A stretch of DNA of 63,755 nt, filler included. It is 7 parts of 7 records of this genome, joined end to end, with 100 filler letters (N's around TTAATTAATTAA, not from the genome) between each part and the next. Parts side by side here need not be neighbours in the genome. Positions count along the whole stretch, not along the records: positions 35,112 to 50,467 come from SRR31147125_2983; 6 more parts are not named here. The stretch is one strand, 5' to 3'. The notes under the pieces were generated by a model. It was not told where the DNA came from. It saw only the letters and a program-made list of their open reading frames with translations, and did no database searches. This document shows positions 37,017 through 49,530 of the stretch, piece by piece. Positions within the stretch are counted from its first letter, which is position 1. Each line of letters opens with the position of its first letter. Both the position numbers and the translations under genes were made by a program.

Positions 37017-37529
37017 TTTTCCTCTATTAGAATCTTGCTTACATAATTACTAAATCAATCAAATAATAAATTCAATTTCCCAATCAAGGTACAACGTTAT
37101 ACAATAAAAATAAAAAAATCAAATCTAATAAAAGTTTTATTGCTTAAACTTTACAAAATTGACTTGAGTAAATTCCTAATATCTATGGTATTGTCTTTTT
37201 ATTAATGTTGTTGATTCCAAACAATGTAATTAAACAGTTCACACATGAATAAATTATAAATTTAAGTTATTATTTTATAATTAATAATTTTTTGAACACA
37301 CAATCGTTTAAAAAGATGAACAGAATATTTCTCTAACCAATTCAGTCAACATTAACAAATTATTTCTTGTATAAAATTGATCCAATTTCTCTATTTTAAA
37401 AATATTTTTCCAAGAAAGCTTAAATATTAGTATAACGTTATACTCAACAATATAATACATTATTATTATATGTCAAGAAAAAAATACATTTTCAACAAAA
37501 TTAATAATTAGCATACATTAAAACTTTGT

Positions 37530-37960
37530 TTAATCCGGAATCATTTTGCTTTTGTTTTTCTCAAACCATTTTGAAATATTATTATCTTTTGTAAGGTCCC
37601 AAAAATTCTTGTCCATCTCGTGTAATGCCAAACTCATCAGTATAAATTGCTGTGAAAATCCTGTTTCAATACACCAAGCTCCCCAACCTAAATCAGAATT
37701 TAATCCCCAATATTCCCAACGGTTATAATCAAATGCCCTGAGCCAGGCACCACCAAGATAGGGATGTTCATCGCTTTCCACTTGTATTCTACAAATATAA
37801 TCAATCAACTTCTTTTCTGCAGTTTTATAAATTTGATCACCTGTAGCAGCAACTGCTTCACGAAGCACAAAAAAAGTATAGTTACAAGTGTACAATAAGT
37901 CAGATACTTTTGATCCGTTAGTTTGAATGAGTGGCGCTTCAGCTGAATTATATTCTATTT
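37530..37960 (-). pseudogene. C-terminal remnant of a secreted alpha-toroid-like protein
   Basis: YTCNY...RIQV.S..HP.L.G.W.RAFDY..WEYWG.NSD.GWGAWCIETG; the upstream region is broken by stops. Confidence 0.55.
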
Positions 37961-38314
37961 AATTCATGCACATCATGCTTTAACCTAATTTCTCCCAATA
38001 CCTCCCTTATTACAACTATATTTTTATGATATATTAACTAAACTTTTTCTCTATCCACTTATCAATTATTATCAAGTGGTGTATCTTTTACTCGAAATTA
38101 GCCAGGCGAACGGTAAAAGCATGAGGATATAATCTGCTACATACTGTTCGCCTAGTTCTATTAATTAGGTTAAAATCCACTATCAAAAGAATTGCTATTT
38201 ATACTTGTTCAAGAAACTTATCTTATTTAGTATAATAATATGCATTCAAAAAACAAGATCTTCAACCAGATATTCTGATCGATCCATCAGATTAACTCCA
38301 AAATGAGGACATTG

Positions 38315-40766
38315 TTATTTTTTTATTAGCCATAATTCAGACACCTGGCAACCGCGTTCACCATCCAAACAAGTCCATGTTAATTCAAGTTTACCATCAC
38401 GTAATGCCTTCTGCGGCACATCAAACTCATGTATGTCAAGAGTGCCGGCTTGAACATCACTATGAATCACATATTTCCCATCAGCAACAAGTCGCATCCG
38501 GGATTCAAAGCGTCCGGGATAGGTCACTTTTAATCTGTAGGAAGCATTTGAATCAAGATTATCATAAACAATAGTAAGCGGTGTATCATAAAGCGTTCGC
38601 ACCTGAAGAGTAGAAGCAAGTGGGATCGGCACTCTTTCTTTTCTCATTGCTTTAGCATATGGTACCCATTCAGAGGCGTGCATACCAATCCCCAAACCGA
38701 TTCTGGGAGATTTAAGACTACCAGGATCTGTTTCCCAACCCTCACCAGGTTGTACTCGTTTCCAGCTTTTTTCAGTGCCAAAATTATCATAAAAACCACC
38801 TGGACCTGGATTAGTCCTGTTAAGAATGCGATCGATTATTTCCAGTTTTTCATTTTCTGCATTTACTTTTTTTATTTTGCTAAACTGATCCATAAGCCAT
38901 ACATAGTCATTTAATGGAGCATCAATTGCTTCAACAAATGCTCCACGGCGAAGGAAAATAGCACCATGTTTGGTAACCGTTAATTGAGCACCAATACTAT
39001 TATATAAACTATCTGCAAGATCAATACAACGCTTTCGCAACTCATTACCGAGACCACCTGCCCGGTTATTTGCAATTTTTAATATTTTTTCAGCTTCAGT
39101 AATCGCTTCAGCTGCGCCAATCTGATTTGCTTGTCTTAATACTTCTTTGGCTCTTTCCTGTAATTCAGATTCATGTATTAACCGCACTTTAACATAAGCA
39201 TCATAATATGCTCTGATGAGATTATTCTGAAATCTGAAATTCATCATAGTTTCTTGAGATGCTCTCTTTTCCATGTTCTGCCATTGCAAGAGTGTTCTTT
39301 CAACACCAGTGTTTGCTAAAAGAGGACCTCTCCAGTTTTCTTCTAATGCCATAGTTCCATGAGAAAAATCTTCTACATAATCTTTTCCTATAAAAAAACG
39401 GCTGTAATCACGTAATGTCTCAAAAACCGGTGTTTCGGGGTCCCAATCCTGATCACTCCATATGAATTTGTTTATATCATCATTGGTCCCTTCTGAATAA
39501 CTAATACTACCATCTGCATACTGGTCTAATGCATTATGAATGTGTTTTTCATCTACAGGCCTTGGATTCATACATTCCCGGCCTACTGTTGCCGCCAAAG
39601 CAACATCCCAACGCCTAACCGGGTATTGGTTGTGATAAGTATGTGTAATATCCGGATAACGGCGAATTGGAAGTTCAGGAGAAACAATCCTGCGCATTTC
39701 CGGTAGTGTTGTACGGACCCATGGTGCAAATACAACACCACCAGCCATTCCGGTTTTTGTTAACATGAGCATAAAAGGACGCAAGCCATTCCGTAGTAGG
39801 TGCAAATGCTTGTGGTGAAACCCAGAGCTTTGCATCAGGATGATATTTATTAAGCAATTTGGCAACTTGCTCCATCCAGGGGAATAATACATCCGGATGT
39901 AAATGTCCCGGATCTCCACCAGGGAAAAATACGCAATCAATTCTCTTTAATTTTTTAAATATTTCTTCTCTCTCTTTTAGCTCTTCCTTAATAACATCTG
40001 GGTTTGTATAATCACTACCCATATTCGGATACCAAATCCACACATCCATATCATATGAATCACAAATATTTGACAATCTACTCATCATATCCAGTGGCTC
40101 ATATAGCATATGACGACTCTTATAATCATCATCTGTTCGTGGTGGTACGATTTCTATACTATTTGCACCAAATAAAGCAAGTTCTCGAATATATTGATCA
40201 AATTGTTTATCAGTCCAGGCATCATAAGAATTGGTTTTAGGACGGTAACCCAATTGATGTCCACGTATATGATACTCAGGTGATGTCGAAATATTTAATG
40301 CATTTGGTAGAATGATAGAATTTTTATCAAAATTGATTTTACGTAATAATCGTCCAACTCCGTAAAGGGTTCCTCTTGGATCAGCTCCGGCAATCAAGAT
40401 TATTGTCCGGTCATTATTCAGAGTTTTAATAATGAATCCCTCTTTTTCTGGTTTTTCAACATTGCTTAGTACATCTTTATAAGAATCGAGCAAATCATCA
40501 ATTTTATCAATTTGACTAACAACGATAACTGGTTGATCACCTTTTGGGATTTTATTTTTTATTTTTAATTCAATGCTTGTTCTTTTTTTAATTTCTTCAA
40601 AAAGCACATCTATAGCTTTTTTCTCTACATTACTTGCCTTTTTGGAGGTGACCATCAGGCAATCAGAAAGGTCGATCAAATCTTGACCAGCAAATAAGCC
40701 ATTTGATAAAAACAGAATAATAAAGAGTGTAAAAACAATTACACTATTTCTTTTCTTTAACATCAT
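38315..40766 (-). CDS. Large secreted glycoside-hydrolase-like protein (GH20/GH67 N-terminal-like domain), frameshift near 39750
   Basis: Signal peptide and EGFII...IAGADPRGTLYGVGRLLR; the two ORFs join at GVVFAPW. Confidence 0.65.
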
Positions 40767-40776
40767 GATAATTCCT

Positions 40777-42477
40777 TTATTCTTTATGAGTTTGACGCCA
40801 GATATTTAACCAGTAATATCTTGTTGCTCTGAACTGGGTTCTTTTTTCATAATATGGAATAAACTCATTCGGGGGTAATACATTACACTTTTTAGCCCAA
40901 TTATTGTAAAGTTTTTCCATCTCTTTTGCTATTTCCGTTTTTTGACCAATTATATTATTTGATTCAATACGGTCTTTTTTCAAGTCAAACAGCTTCCAGG
41001 GTTCACCCTGATGTGATAAAAGTTTATAATCATCTTTAATAATCGCCCTATCACCACCATGTTCAAAATATAATGCCTCATGTCCCTCCCTGCTGCCGTT
41101 TTTCAATGCAGGCATTAAGCTTTTGCCTTCAAGAGGAACAATAGGATTTCCATTATAAACATCATGATAAGAAGCTCCGGTTATATCACATATAGTGGCC
41201 ATAATATCAATCACATGACCTTTATCATGAACAATTTGTCCCTTATTTTTAATCTCTGCTTTCCACTGAACAACTAAAGGAGTGGTAATACCACCTTCAT
41301 ATGTCCAACCTTTCCATTTATTAAAAGGTGTATTATTTACTGTGGCCCATGGGATACCCTGACTACGAGTCCGCCAGTTTGCGCCATTGTCCGATAAAAA
41401 GATGACCATGGTATTTTCTTCAGCACCAATTTCTTTAATCTTATCAAGCACTCGTCCAATGCCCTGATCCATATTGTCAGTCATTGCAGCATAAACTTCC
41501 ATCATCTCTGCATGGTTTCGTGCTGGTCTGCTGCCAAATTCATCGGAAACTTCTGGACGGATTGTGTAATCCATATCAACCTCAGACGGCGGAGAATAGG
41601 GTTGATCCGGATCTACTATTCCTAATTCTATTTGCCGTTTGTGTCTGGCTATAGCAACTTCTCTTGGACTTTTGTCATAAACACCCTTGTATTTATCAAT
41701 GTCTTTTTTAAATGCATGCAATGGCTCATGGGGTGCAGTGTATGAAAGATAGAGGAAAAATGGATCATCATTTCGTCCATAATCTTCTAACAAACCAACC
41801 GCATGGTCTGATATGGCATCTGTTAGATAAAACACAGGATCACCAGGAGTCCAGTCTTTTGCAGGTTGATAATAGGATATTTTCCGATTAATTATACCGC
41901 CTGGTTTTATTCCGTAATAATCTTTACAATTCGAAATTAAACGATCCGGTTCAAAAGTGGGATTAAAAAAGTTTGTTGCCCCATCAAGCCAGCAATAATA
42001 TTTTTCAAATCCGCGATTCCCTGGATTTTTAGCGCCTACATCCCATTTACCGGAAAACAGTGTGCGATAACCAGCCTGTTTTAAAACTTCAGCTATGGTA
42101 ACACAATTATTTTGTATCTCTCCACGATATGCAGGCAGGTTAAAATCATACCCCATCCAGCCCTGGCCAGTTTGATGTGGGTAAAGTCCGGTAATCAGTG
42201 AAGCTCTAGTTGGACAACACCGTGCAGTGTTATAAAAATGAGTAAACCTAACACCATTTTTTGCTATTTTGTCAATATTTGATGTTTGAATTTCTGCCCC
42301 ATAACATCCGATATCTGAATATCCCAGATCATCTGCCAATATAAGCACAATATTAGGTCTTTTTCTTTTTTTAGAGCATGAGGATAAAAATGGTGAGGTT
42401 ATCAGTCCAGCACTTGCTGCAAACGACATAGTTTTCGATAAAAATTCCCGACGGGACAATTTGGTCAATGTAGACAT
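40777..42477 (-). CDS. Arylsulfatase (S1), Tat/lipoprotein signal
   Basis: SRREFL, PNIVLILADDLG, CCPTR formylglycine motif, GKW, SDNG. Confidence 0.95.
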   Translation of the reverse strand: MSTLTKLSRREFLSKTMSFAASAGLITSPFLSSCSKKRKRPNIVLILADDLGYSDIGCYGAEIQTSNIDKIAKNGVRFTHFYNTARCCPTRASLITGLYPHQTGQGWMGYDFNLPAYRGEIQNNCVTIAEVLKQAGYRTLFSGKWDVGAKNPGNRGFEKYYCWLDGATNFFNPTFEPDRLISNCKDYYGIKPGGIINRKISYYQPAKDWTPGDPVFYLTDAISDHAVGLLEDYGRNDDPFFLYLSYTAPHEPLHAFKKDIDKYKGVYDKSPREVAIARHKRQIELGIVDPDQPYSPPSEVDMDYTIRPEVSDEFGSRPARNHAEMMEVYAAMTDNMDQGIGRVLDKIKEIGAEENTMVIFLSDNGANWRTRSQGIPWATVNNTPFNKWKGWTYEGGITTPLVVQWKAEIKNKGQIVHDKGHVIDIMATICDITGASYHDVYNGNPIVPLEGKSLMPALKNGSREGHEALYFEHGGDRAIIKDDYKLLSHQGEPWKLFDLKKDRIESNNIIGQKTEIAKEMEKLYNNWAKKCNVLPPNEFIPYYEKRTQFRATRYYWLNIWRQTHKE

Positions 42478-42502
42478 AAAAACTTCCTTTGGGCTAAAAT
42501 AT

Positions 42503-43891
42503 TTAATTAATTAAAGATTCTTTCCAATGACCGAGCTTTTGTTGGAGCTGTTTTACAATTTCTGGATGGCCATTAAATAGATTGTATTTCTCTGATACAT
42601 CATTTTCTAAATCAAATAAATATTGACCACTTTCACGGTTCAACAATTTCCACTTGCCATTACGGATACATTCCTGATTCATAGACCGCCAAAATAAGGA
42701 TCTCTTTGGTAATTTATCTTCCTGCAATAATAACGGTAACAAACTCACACCATCAACTGGCTTTTTCACAGAGATTAAAGCTCCAGTTAGTTCAGCAACA
42801 GTTGGAAAAATATCCATAATCATTGCTGGTTCCTGAGTAACAGCCCCAGATTTTATTTTTCCGGGCCAGAATGCTATTACAGGAACACGAATTCCACCTT
42901 CAAACAACTCTTTCTTCTCTCCCCGTAGAACACCATTCGAGCCTACAGGTGGCCTTCTGTTTTTATCAGTGAGGAGACATCCATTATCTGAAACAAAAAA
43001 TATTAAGGTATTCTCTTTTAATCGGTTCTTGTCAAGTGTATTCAGAATCCGGCCAATGTTCGCATCCAAAGAATGCACCATGTCACGATAAGCGCGGTTT
43101 TTATCTTTCACATCACCACTACGCCAAATCTGAAAATCCATGCTATTTTGACCTGATTCTGTTCGAAATGGAGGATCTGTAGGACCTTGTAGTGGATTAT
43201 GAACTAATAAATAGGGCAAATAAAGTAAAAATGGCTGTTTTTTAAATTTTTCTATAAACTCAATGGCATGATCCGTCATCAGATCGGAAGCATAACCCTC
43301 CTCGGCAATGCATTCTTCTCCTTTCCACCAATCCCTTTTTCCGTCACGTGAGATATGAGAGTGATAATCAACATCTCCTTTATGACAATAAGATTCATCA
43401 AAGCCATGCTTGATTGGACCGTGGGTTATTATTTCACCTAAATGCCATTTACCAAAGCACCCACTAACATACCCCCTGGTCTTTACAAGTTCAGCTATAG
43501 AAATATGATTAAGACCAAGTCCTTTACCCCCTCTCTCTTCTTCATAGTCTTTATTATCACCACCATTACAATTTTGGGGGTATTTCCCTGTAAGAAGAGC
43601 AGCACGAGCAGGAGCACAGACTGGTGCATTTGAATAGAACTGACAAAATTTCATTCCATTTTCTGATAAATGATCAATGTTAGTAGTAACATTATTCTTG
43701 TTTCCATAACATCCCAGATCACCATATCCCAAATCATCAGCCAAAATAATAACAATGTTGGGTTTTGAATTTGAAACAGTTCTATTTGTATCGCAACAAA
43801 TAAAACTTGATGTGGGTATTAAACCTAAACTCAAACATGAAAACTTTATAAACTCTCTTCGGTCAATTTTTTTAATTTTATTTTTATCCAT
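42503..43891 (-). CDS. Sulfatase (S1), Tat signal
   Basis: DRREFI, ADDLGYGD, CAPAR, GKWHLG, EGGIRVP. Confidence 0.95.
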   Translation of the reverse strand: MDKNKIKKIDRREFIKFSCLSLGLIPTSSFICCDTNRTVSNSKPNIVIILADDLGYGDLGCYGNKNNVTTNIDHLSENGMKFCQFYSNAPVCAPARAALLTGKYPQNCNGGDNKDYEEERGGKGLGLNHISIAELVKTRGYVSGCFGKWHLGEIITHGPIKHGFDESYCHKGDVDYHSHISRDGKRDWWKGEECIAEEGYASDLMTDHAIEFIEKFKKQPFLLYLPYLLVHNPLQGPTDPPFRTESGQNSMDFQIWRSGDVKDKNRAYRDMVHSLDANIGRILNTLDKNRLKENTLIFFVSDNGCLLTDKNRRPPVGSNGVLRGEKKELFEGGIRVPVIAFWPGKIKSGAVTQEPAMIMDIFPTVAELTGALISVKKPVDGVSLLPLLLQEDKLPKRSLFWRSMNQECIRNGKWKLLNRESGQYLFDLENDVSEKYNLFNGHPEIVKQLQQKLGHWKESLIN

Positions 43892-43894
43892 CTT

Positions 43895-44659
43895 TTAACT
43901 TTTTAGTTTTTTTAAACCTTCATTAAGTTTGCTTTTTGCGGCTATAAAATCAGAGGAATGTATAATAAAACTCATTCCATCATCAATCCACTTTTTATCT
44001 TGTTCAGTACTGATCCAGGAATGCACACCTGCACCCTTGTTTGCTTTACGAGCAGTTTTAATAATTTTGTCAACAGCATCTAAATATTTAGGATTTTCAT
44101 ATTGTTCCGGTATGCCCAGGTTAATAGTTAGATCATGTGGACCAATTAACAAACCATCCAATTCATTTACTGAGACCAGATCAGAAAGATTATTTAATGC
44201 CGGGACACTTTCAACATTAATGATGATACTCAAATCTTCATTTCTCTTGTCTAAGTACTTTTTAACATTCGGATCGATTTCTCCTGTTTCTATAAATTTA
44301 TCTAAAACTTTTCCTTTTAGAGGGGCATATTTAACAGCTTTAACCAATTCAAGTATCTGTTCACGAGTCTCGACATAAGGTGCAATAACACCCTTAGCGC
44401 CACTTTCAACAGCTAAACTCGCCAGGCTTGCATCCGGATGAGCAATACGAACAATAGGAGTTATACCGGCTGCATTATTTACCTGACACAATAATGATAC
44501 TTCATTCGAAGTGAGAGAAAAATGTTCACTATCAATAAAAACAAAATCGAGTCCAAGTTGCTGTGGTAGTTTTAACCACGGATTAACCGTGGTTGTCACT
44601 AAACTACCAAACATTAGTTTACCGGCATGCAAATTATTTTTAAACTCTTTTCCTGTCAT
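43895..44659 (-). CDS. HpcH/HpaI-family aldolase
   Basis: DFVFIDSEH, GVIAPYVET, NVES, IGPHDL. Confidence 0.9.
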   Translation of the reverse strand: MTGKEFKNNLHAGKLMFGSLVTTTVNPWLKLPQQLGLDFVFIDSEHFSLTSNEVSLLCQVNNAAGITPIVRIAHPDASLASLAVESGAKGVIAPYVETREQILELVKAVKYAPLKGKVLDKFIETGEIDPNVKKYLDKRNEDLSIIINVESVPALNNLSDLVSVNELDGLLIGPHDLTINLGIPEQYENPKYLDAVDKIIKTARKANKGAGVHSWISTEQDKKWIDDGMSFIIHSSDFIAAKSKLNEGLKKLKS

Positions 44660-44709
44660 TTATCCATTCCTTTATTAATTTATAATTGAAATAATATGAA
44701 TATTACATC

Positions 44710-45060
44710 TTTATAATTGAACAACCGTCCAAACAACCAAAACCAATATCACAACGAATACACAAGCAAGCAGGAAACCAAGCCAATCTTCTTTATAGCG
44801 AAAAAAATCCTGTCCATCTATCTCGTTTGAACCAGCCAGTTATATCGAAAATAATAGTCCTTTACCAGAATCAGCGGCCAAAGGCTTTGAATTGTGTTCG
44901 GATAAAACATTGTCATCTGAAAGCAGACTCATTTTTGTAAAAAATTTCTCTACAAGTATTGAATCTTCAGGTTTGGTGAGAAGACTAGTCACTATAAAAC
45001 TTGTAAACCCAGCCAACATTGCCCAACCAAATGTATCAGATGTCCATTTATAAACAATCT
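44710..45060 (-). pseudogene. C-terminal remnant of a sodium:solute symporter
   Basis: SLLTKPED...FFTKM and downstream hydrophobic helices, broken by frameshifts; no N-terminus. Confidence 0.5.
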
Positions 45061-45212
45061 GCAATGAATCTATAGCAAGGTAATTCAACACATAATAAAT
45101 CAAAAGAACTCTAGTATCCAACCAGTGAAATTGATTTTCCATCGAACCAGCCTCGTGTATGTATTTTGGAAAAATAATATTTAGAATCTATAATTAAATT
45201 CTAAATATTTTC

Positions 45213-46679
45213 CTATCTCATAAGAACCGATTCTTTATTCATAATAACCATTGGATAATCGGCCAGTGGTACATTTGAAAATATCATTTGTCCATTTACT
45301 ACCTTTGATTGAATATGATAAACTTTACCAGACAATAAATCTACCAGTACCGGATTTTCAACTTTAATGTTTTCAACGTTTAGATTAATAAATGCCGGTT
45401 TTACAATTTCCTGCATACGCCAAGGCAACCAGTAAACGATTGCGTTTCCTTTTTTTCCGGCAACTCCTGTAACTTCAATTGGTGTTGGCGCTTTTGCTTT
45501 TGAATAAGGAGCCCCAAAACTTTCAGGATATTCATTACGAATACCATAAAAGCTCCCGGCTTTTAATACTTTAATTGATGACTGAACATCCATTGGCTCA
45601 TTCAGGTCCTGATCGAAAATACTGGTTATAAATTGTAAAGTATGATAACCTGGTTTTGGCTCATGGGTACCAAAACGTAATAATCCCTTTTCGTTGATGC
45701 GTTCTTTTTCTGGGGGTACTCGCAGTACAAAATACACAGAAACCGGAATATCCAATGAGAGGTCTGTCATAAAACGCCTGGCCAACCATTTTGACTGAAT
45801 ATTTTCCCCCCAGGGTCCTCTGCCCTGCCAACTCGAACTATTCGCGGCTGAAGGATAACCGCATTCGCCTTGCCACAGCTTAATAGGACGGGATTCTTTG
45901 GCAATAAGAGTTTGCATATCTGACAACAGGTTAGATGCCATTACATAATCTTCAGGTCTTTTTATAGAATATATAAAAGGATATTTTATGGATTCAGGGA
46001 ATTCACTATAAGGATGAAAAGTTATCACATCTGAATGTGGACCGACACCTTCATTAAGAATCAATTCGAGTCCTTCAATATCCATACGCGCAATTGATCC
46101 TGTTATAATAATAGCATCGGGATCAATTTTCTTAACCGCCTTGGAGGCTTGAATGACCATTTTTGCATAATTTTTGTTTAAAAATGGTTCGTTAAGAATT
46201 TCCCAATATTTTACCCGATCATGATACCTATTTACCAAGACTTTGACATATTCAAGCCACTTTTCTATCAATTCATCTTTAATGGGGTATTCATATTCTT
46301 TCCAATCCTCAATTATCACCTCATCAAAAGTGATAAAGATTTCAATATCCCGCTTTATCAAACCATCAATATAGGGGTCTAACTCTTCCCAATCATAATA
46401 TCCTTGGTCCGGAGATAATGCAAAATCAAAAGTCTGGATACGCGCCCATTTCAAGCCACTTTCTGCTGTTTTTTCAAGCATCAACTCAAGTTCGGGTAAC
46501 CTGTATTTGTTAAAATGTATACCCCAACGGGATGATTGTATCTCTTCAGAACGGCGCGGTTTTACCTTCCCGATTACATTGAAATTCTCCATACCTAAAA
46601 GAACAGACTTGGTTTCCGCCTGCAAAGAACCAATAAATATTATTATTATCAAATTAATTAAAAAAACTTGTATTCGCAT
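45213..46679 (-). CDS. Clan GH-A-like glycoside hydrolase (GH39/GH5-like)
   Basis: YWEILNEP (acid/base), ITFHPY, WQGECGYPS (nucleophile); signal peptide; GGAGG RBS. Confidence 0.8.
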   Translation of the reverse strand: MRIQVFLINLIIIIFIGSLQAETKSVLLGMENFNVIGKVKPRRSEEIQSSRWGIHFNKYRLPELELMLEKTAESGLKWARIQTFDFALSPDQGYYDWEELDPYIDGLIKRDIEIFITFDEVIIEDWKEYEYPIKDELIEKWLEYVKVLVNRYHDRVKYWEILNEPFLNKNYAKMVIQASKAVKKIDPDAIIITGSIARMDIEGLELILNEGVGPHSDVITFHPYSEFPESIKYPFIYSIKRPEDYVMASNLLSDMQTLIAKESRPIKLWQGECGYPSAANSSSWQGRGPWGENIQSKWLARRFMTDLSLDIPVSVYFVLRVPPEKERINEKGLLRFGTHEPKPGYHTLQFITSIFDQDLNEPMDVQSSIKVLKAGSFYGIRNEYPESFGAPYSKAKAPTPIEVTGVAGKKGNAIVYWLPWRMQEIVKPAFINLNVENIKVENPVLVDLLSGKVYHIQSKVVNGQMIFSNVPLADYPMVIMNKESVLMR

Positions 46680-46851
46680 TAATTTCCTCCAATTCAAAAG
46701 TAGACTGAACACGGCTTTTCTTATTGAAATTCGCTATGTAATTTTGATGTCATTTAGAGTGTTAATCTATTCTATTTGTAAAAAACTTTAATATCTACTT
46801 TGTAATAAACATTAATTATAATTCATTGTACAATGGTAAAAAATAAATAAT

Positions 46852-48669
46852 TTATCTTGAACCACCCTTTCTATTTAAAAATTTATTCTTAACAAGTTCT
46901 TCCAAATAGGGGCAATTTTCAATTCTGCCCTTTTCATTCACTCCTGTATAACCAGCAGTCTCGTACAATACCAAACCATCCAATCCGGAATGTGTCTTGA
47001 CCAGTTCAATCTCTTGTTCTGTTTTCGGATGTGGCTCACCAAAATTCAAGCCTCTGAAATCAGTCTGATAATAAAAAGGTTTGTTTTCCACTTTTGTTAC
47101 CGCACTGAATATATCCAAAACCTGGCGCAGGTTCCACGGACGAAGTATAAAACCACCACGAAGTTCCAAGTCATCGGCTATCTCTTTTATCCACTTTTCC
47201 CACTGCCATTCAAAATTTGGAGGAAGACTGCTTTTATTCCCTCGGTCGTCTCGCTTGAGCATCCCAGCGTTTAAATGTATTGTTAATCCTTTACCACGAC
47301 TTTTAACAAGGTCTCGGGCTTGGAATAAAAATTGAGTATATGCATCGCCATTTATACGACTAATTGTCGGGTAATCGGTTTTTCCACCTGAAGCTTCCAA
47401 TACTGGTTTATTGAATCCATATTCCCAAAATTCAGTGTAACGAGTATGATTACCTACCCTTAAATTTATACCGTCAACATTACGATCTAAACAAAAACGC
47501 ACAAGATCAAGCCAATGTTCTCTCACTTCGGGGTAAATGGGATGCAAATTGCCCAACATATATTCCGGCTTTCCACATGCAACCGCAATGCTCCCATCTT
47601 GGTCCAGTGTTTTTTTCTCCTCCAAATAATAAAAATCAAAACTATAAAAATCCTTGTAATGTTCTTCCATTCTTGATGAATTATTTATTTCATTTTGCAC
47701 CTGGGGTAATTTAAAATAAGACAGGAATTCTTTATGTCTAATTGAATCATAAAAGCGCTCTTTATGGGCTGACAATGATTCAGGACCCTTGCTTAAGGTA
47801 TGTGGTATTACTTTTCCGTCTTTTCCCAATAATTCGATAATTTTACCATTCTCATTGCTAAAATCACCACTTTCATCAGTTATTGAGCACTTTATTAAAC
47901 AATAAATATGATCTTTTGGTATATCAAGATCTTCAATATTAATAATACGACATTTACACCCCTTTGGAAACTGAGATCTCCATTCTACAGATTCACGAAA
48001 AGATACAGGACCCTCATAACGAACAAATCCGTTATTACTTTCACTTGTCCAAATAGAAAGATGTTCAGGTTTTACCCGAGTTTGACTGTCGTTTTCTTTT
48101 ATAAGGCGGATAGCAGCTAGAGGTCCCTTAAATTCGTATGTTCCAGGTCTGCGTTTTAAACACATATGCGAGTGTTTGGCAGCAAAGGGACGTGCATGAA
48201 TAGCAATACCAAGCATATTCTTGAAAGCAACAGCGTCTTTTGGAAATGGCATTGTAAGTGGTATTGGTTTACCATAGCCATCTTCAAAAGGTTTGATTAC
48301 AGCATAAAATTCAAGGCCATGAGCATGTGCAGATTCAGTTGCTTCGGCCAAAAGATCGAAACCATGAGGATAATCGTCATACATTGTCCATTGTGTATCT
48401 ACCATCCATTGATGCCTGGTAACACCCAATGAAGCAATACATTTATGCAGATCATCCAGTTGAGCTCTGTCCATCATATTATTATTAATATGAATATTAT
48501 CGCCGTAATCAGTAGTTGCAAGAAGTTTTTTATAGTTTTGGAATCGTGATTTGGCGCATGTTGATTTTATAAAGGGCCTTGACAAGTCGCTTATTACAAA
48601 TGCACCCATAGCATTTTTTATCTGACAAAGAAAAGATCGTCTGCTGATTGGAAGTGAATTTTTTACCAT
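46852..48669 (-). CDS. Tat-exported hypothetical protein with a GHL10-like TIM-barrel segment
   Basis: SRRSFL and HPIYPEVREHWLDLVRFCLDRNVDGINL. Confidence 0.55.
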   Translation of the reverse strand: MVKNSLPISRRSFLCQIKNAMGAFVISDLSRPFIKSTCAKSRFQNYKKLLATTDYGDNIHINNNMMDRAQLDDLHKCIASLGVTRHQWMVDTQWTMYDDYPHGFDLLAEATESAHAHGLEFYAVIKPFEDGYGKPIPLTMPFPKDAVAFKNMLGIAIHARPFAAKHSHMCLKRRPGTYEFKGPLAAIRLIKENDSQTRVKPEHLSIWTSESNNGFVRYEGPVSFRESVEWRSQFPKGCKCRIINIEDLDIPKDHIYCLIKCSITDESGDFSNENGKIIELLGKDGKVIPHTLSKGPESLSAHKERFYDSIRHKEFLSYFKLPQVQNEINNSSRMEEHYKDFYSFDFYYLEEKKTLDQDGSIAVACGKPEYMLGNLHPIYPEVREHWLDLVRFCLDRNVDGINLRVGNHTRYTEFWEYGFNKPVLEASGGKTDYPTISRINGDAYTQFLFQARDLVKSRGKGLTIHLNAGMLKRDDRGNKSSLPPNFEWQWEKWIKEIADDLELRGGFILRPWNLRQVLDIFSAVTKVENKPFYYQTDFRGLNFGEPHPKTEQEIELVKTHSGLDGLVLYETAGYTGVNEKGRIENCPYLEELVKNKFLNRKGGSR

Positions 48670-48999
48670 CGAGATTACTCATGGATCAAGGTTATTGTAA
48701 AAAATTTCGATAAAATCATTTATTATTAGGCGGGCTATATTTTAATTATTGGATATTCATACTAGTATGAATATTATAATTAATAGAACGTTATACTAAA
48801 ATAATAAATGATTTTTTCAATGTCAAGTTTTTTCGTTATTGAAATATGGTAATTTACCTCAGAAACAAATCGCTCTATAATATTAATTTACAATTATTTA
48901 AAAATAATAGTAAAATATTATATATTCAACTTATACACTTTATTTATATTTACCAATAACAGTATATCGTTTGACTTACATATCATTCAATCATTTTTG

Positions 49000-49530
49000 A
49001 AGACTTGATACCAAAAATCAATTACTACCAATTGCTAAAAAGAGTTATCTTAACATCAGTAAAAAGGATCATCCTGTAAAAACTAATTCCAGGATTATCA
49101 CGACAACCGCATCAAACTCATTTGTTTGAAAAAACACGTCAGAATATTCTCTCTTCCGAACTCTTTTTGTTACTCTCTGTATTAATTGTATAAATTCCAT
49201 CCGTTTGGGAGCGAAACAAGATATACCTCTAATCTTTGACCAGATATTAAATAAATTATGTTAAAAAATTAGAAAACACGGTAAAAAATATGATTCTTCG
49301 TCATCGCACTCTGAATTGGACGTGGAAACATTACCTTTTGCTGAAAAGAAAGAACACTTTAGTAAAACAGAAATTCAAAAATTAAATCTGACAATAGCGC
49401 TACTTGAGGAAGAATAGATCAGGAAAGCATTACACAAATTTGAAGGTAATCAGAGTGAAGCTGCTAAAGTTCAATATATCTAAGAACCCAATTTAAGATA
49501 CAAGATGAAAAAACTTGGATTAAAAGAAAA
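49000..49530 (+). pseudogene. Decayed sigma-54-dependent (NtrC-like) regulator
   Basis: Fis-type HTH remnant IRKALHKFEGNQSEAAK...LRYKMKKLGL with in-frame stops. Confidence 0.6.
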
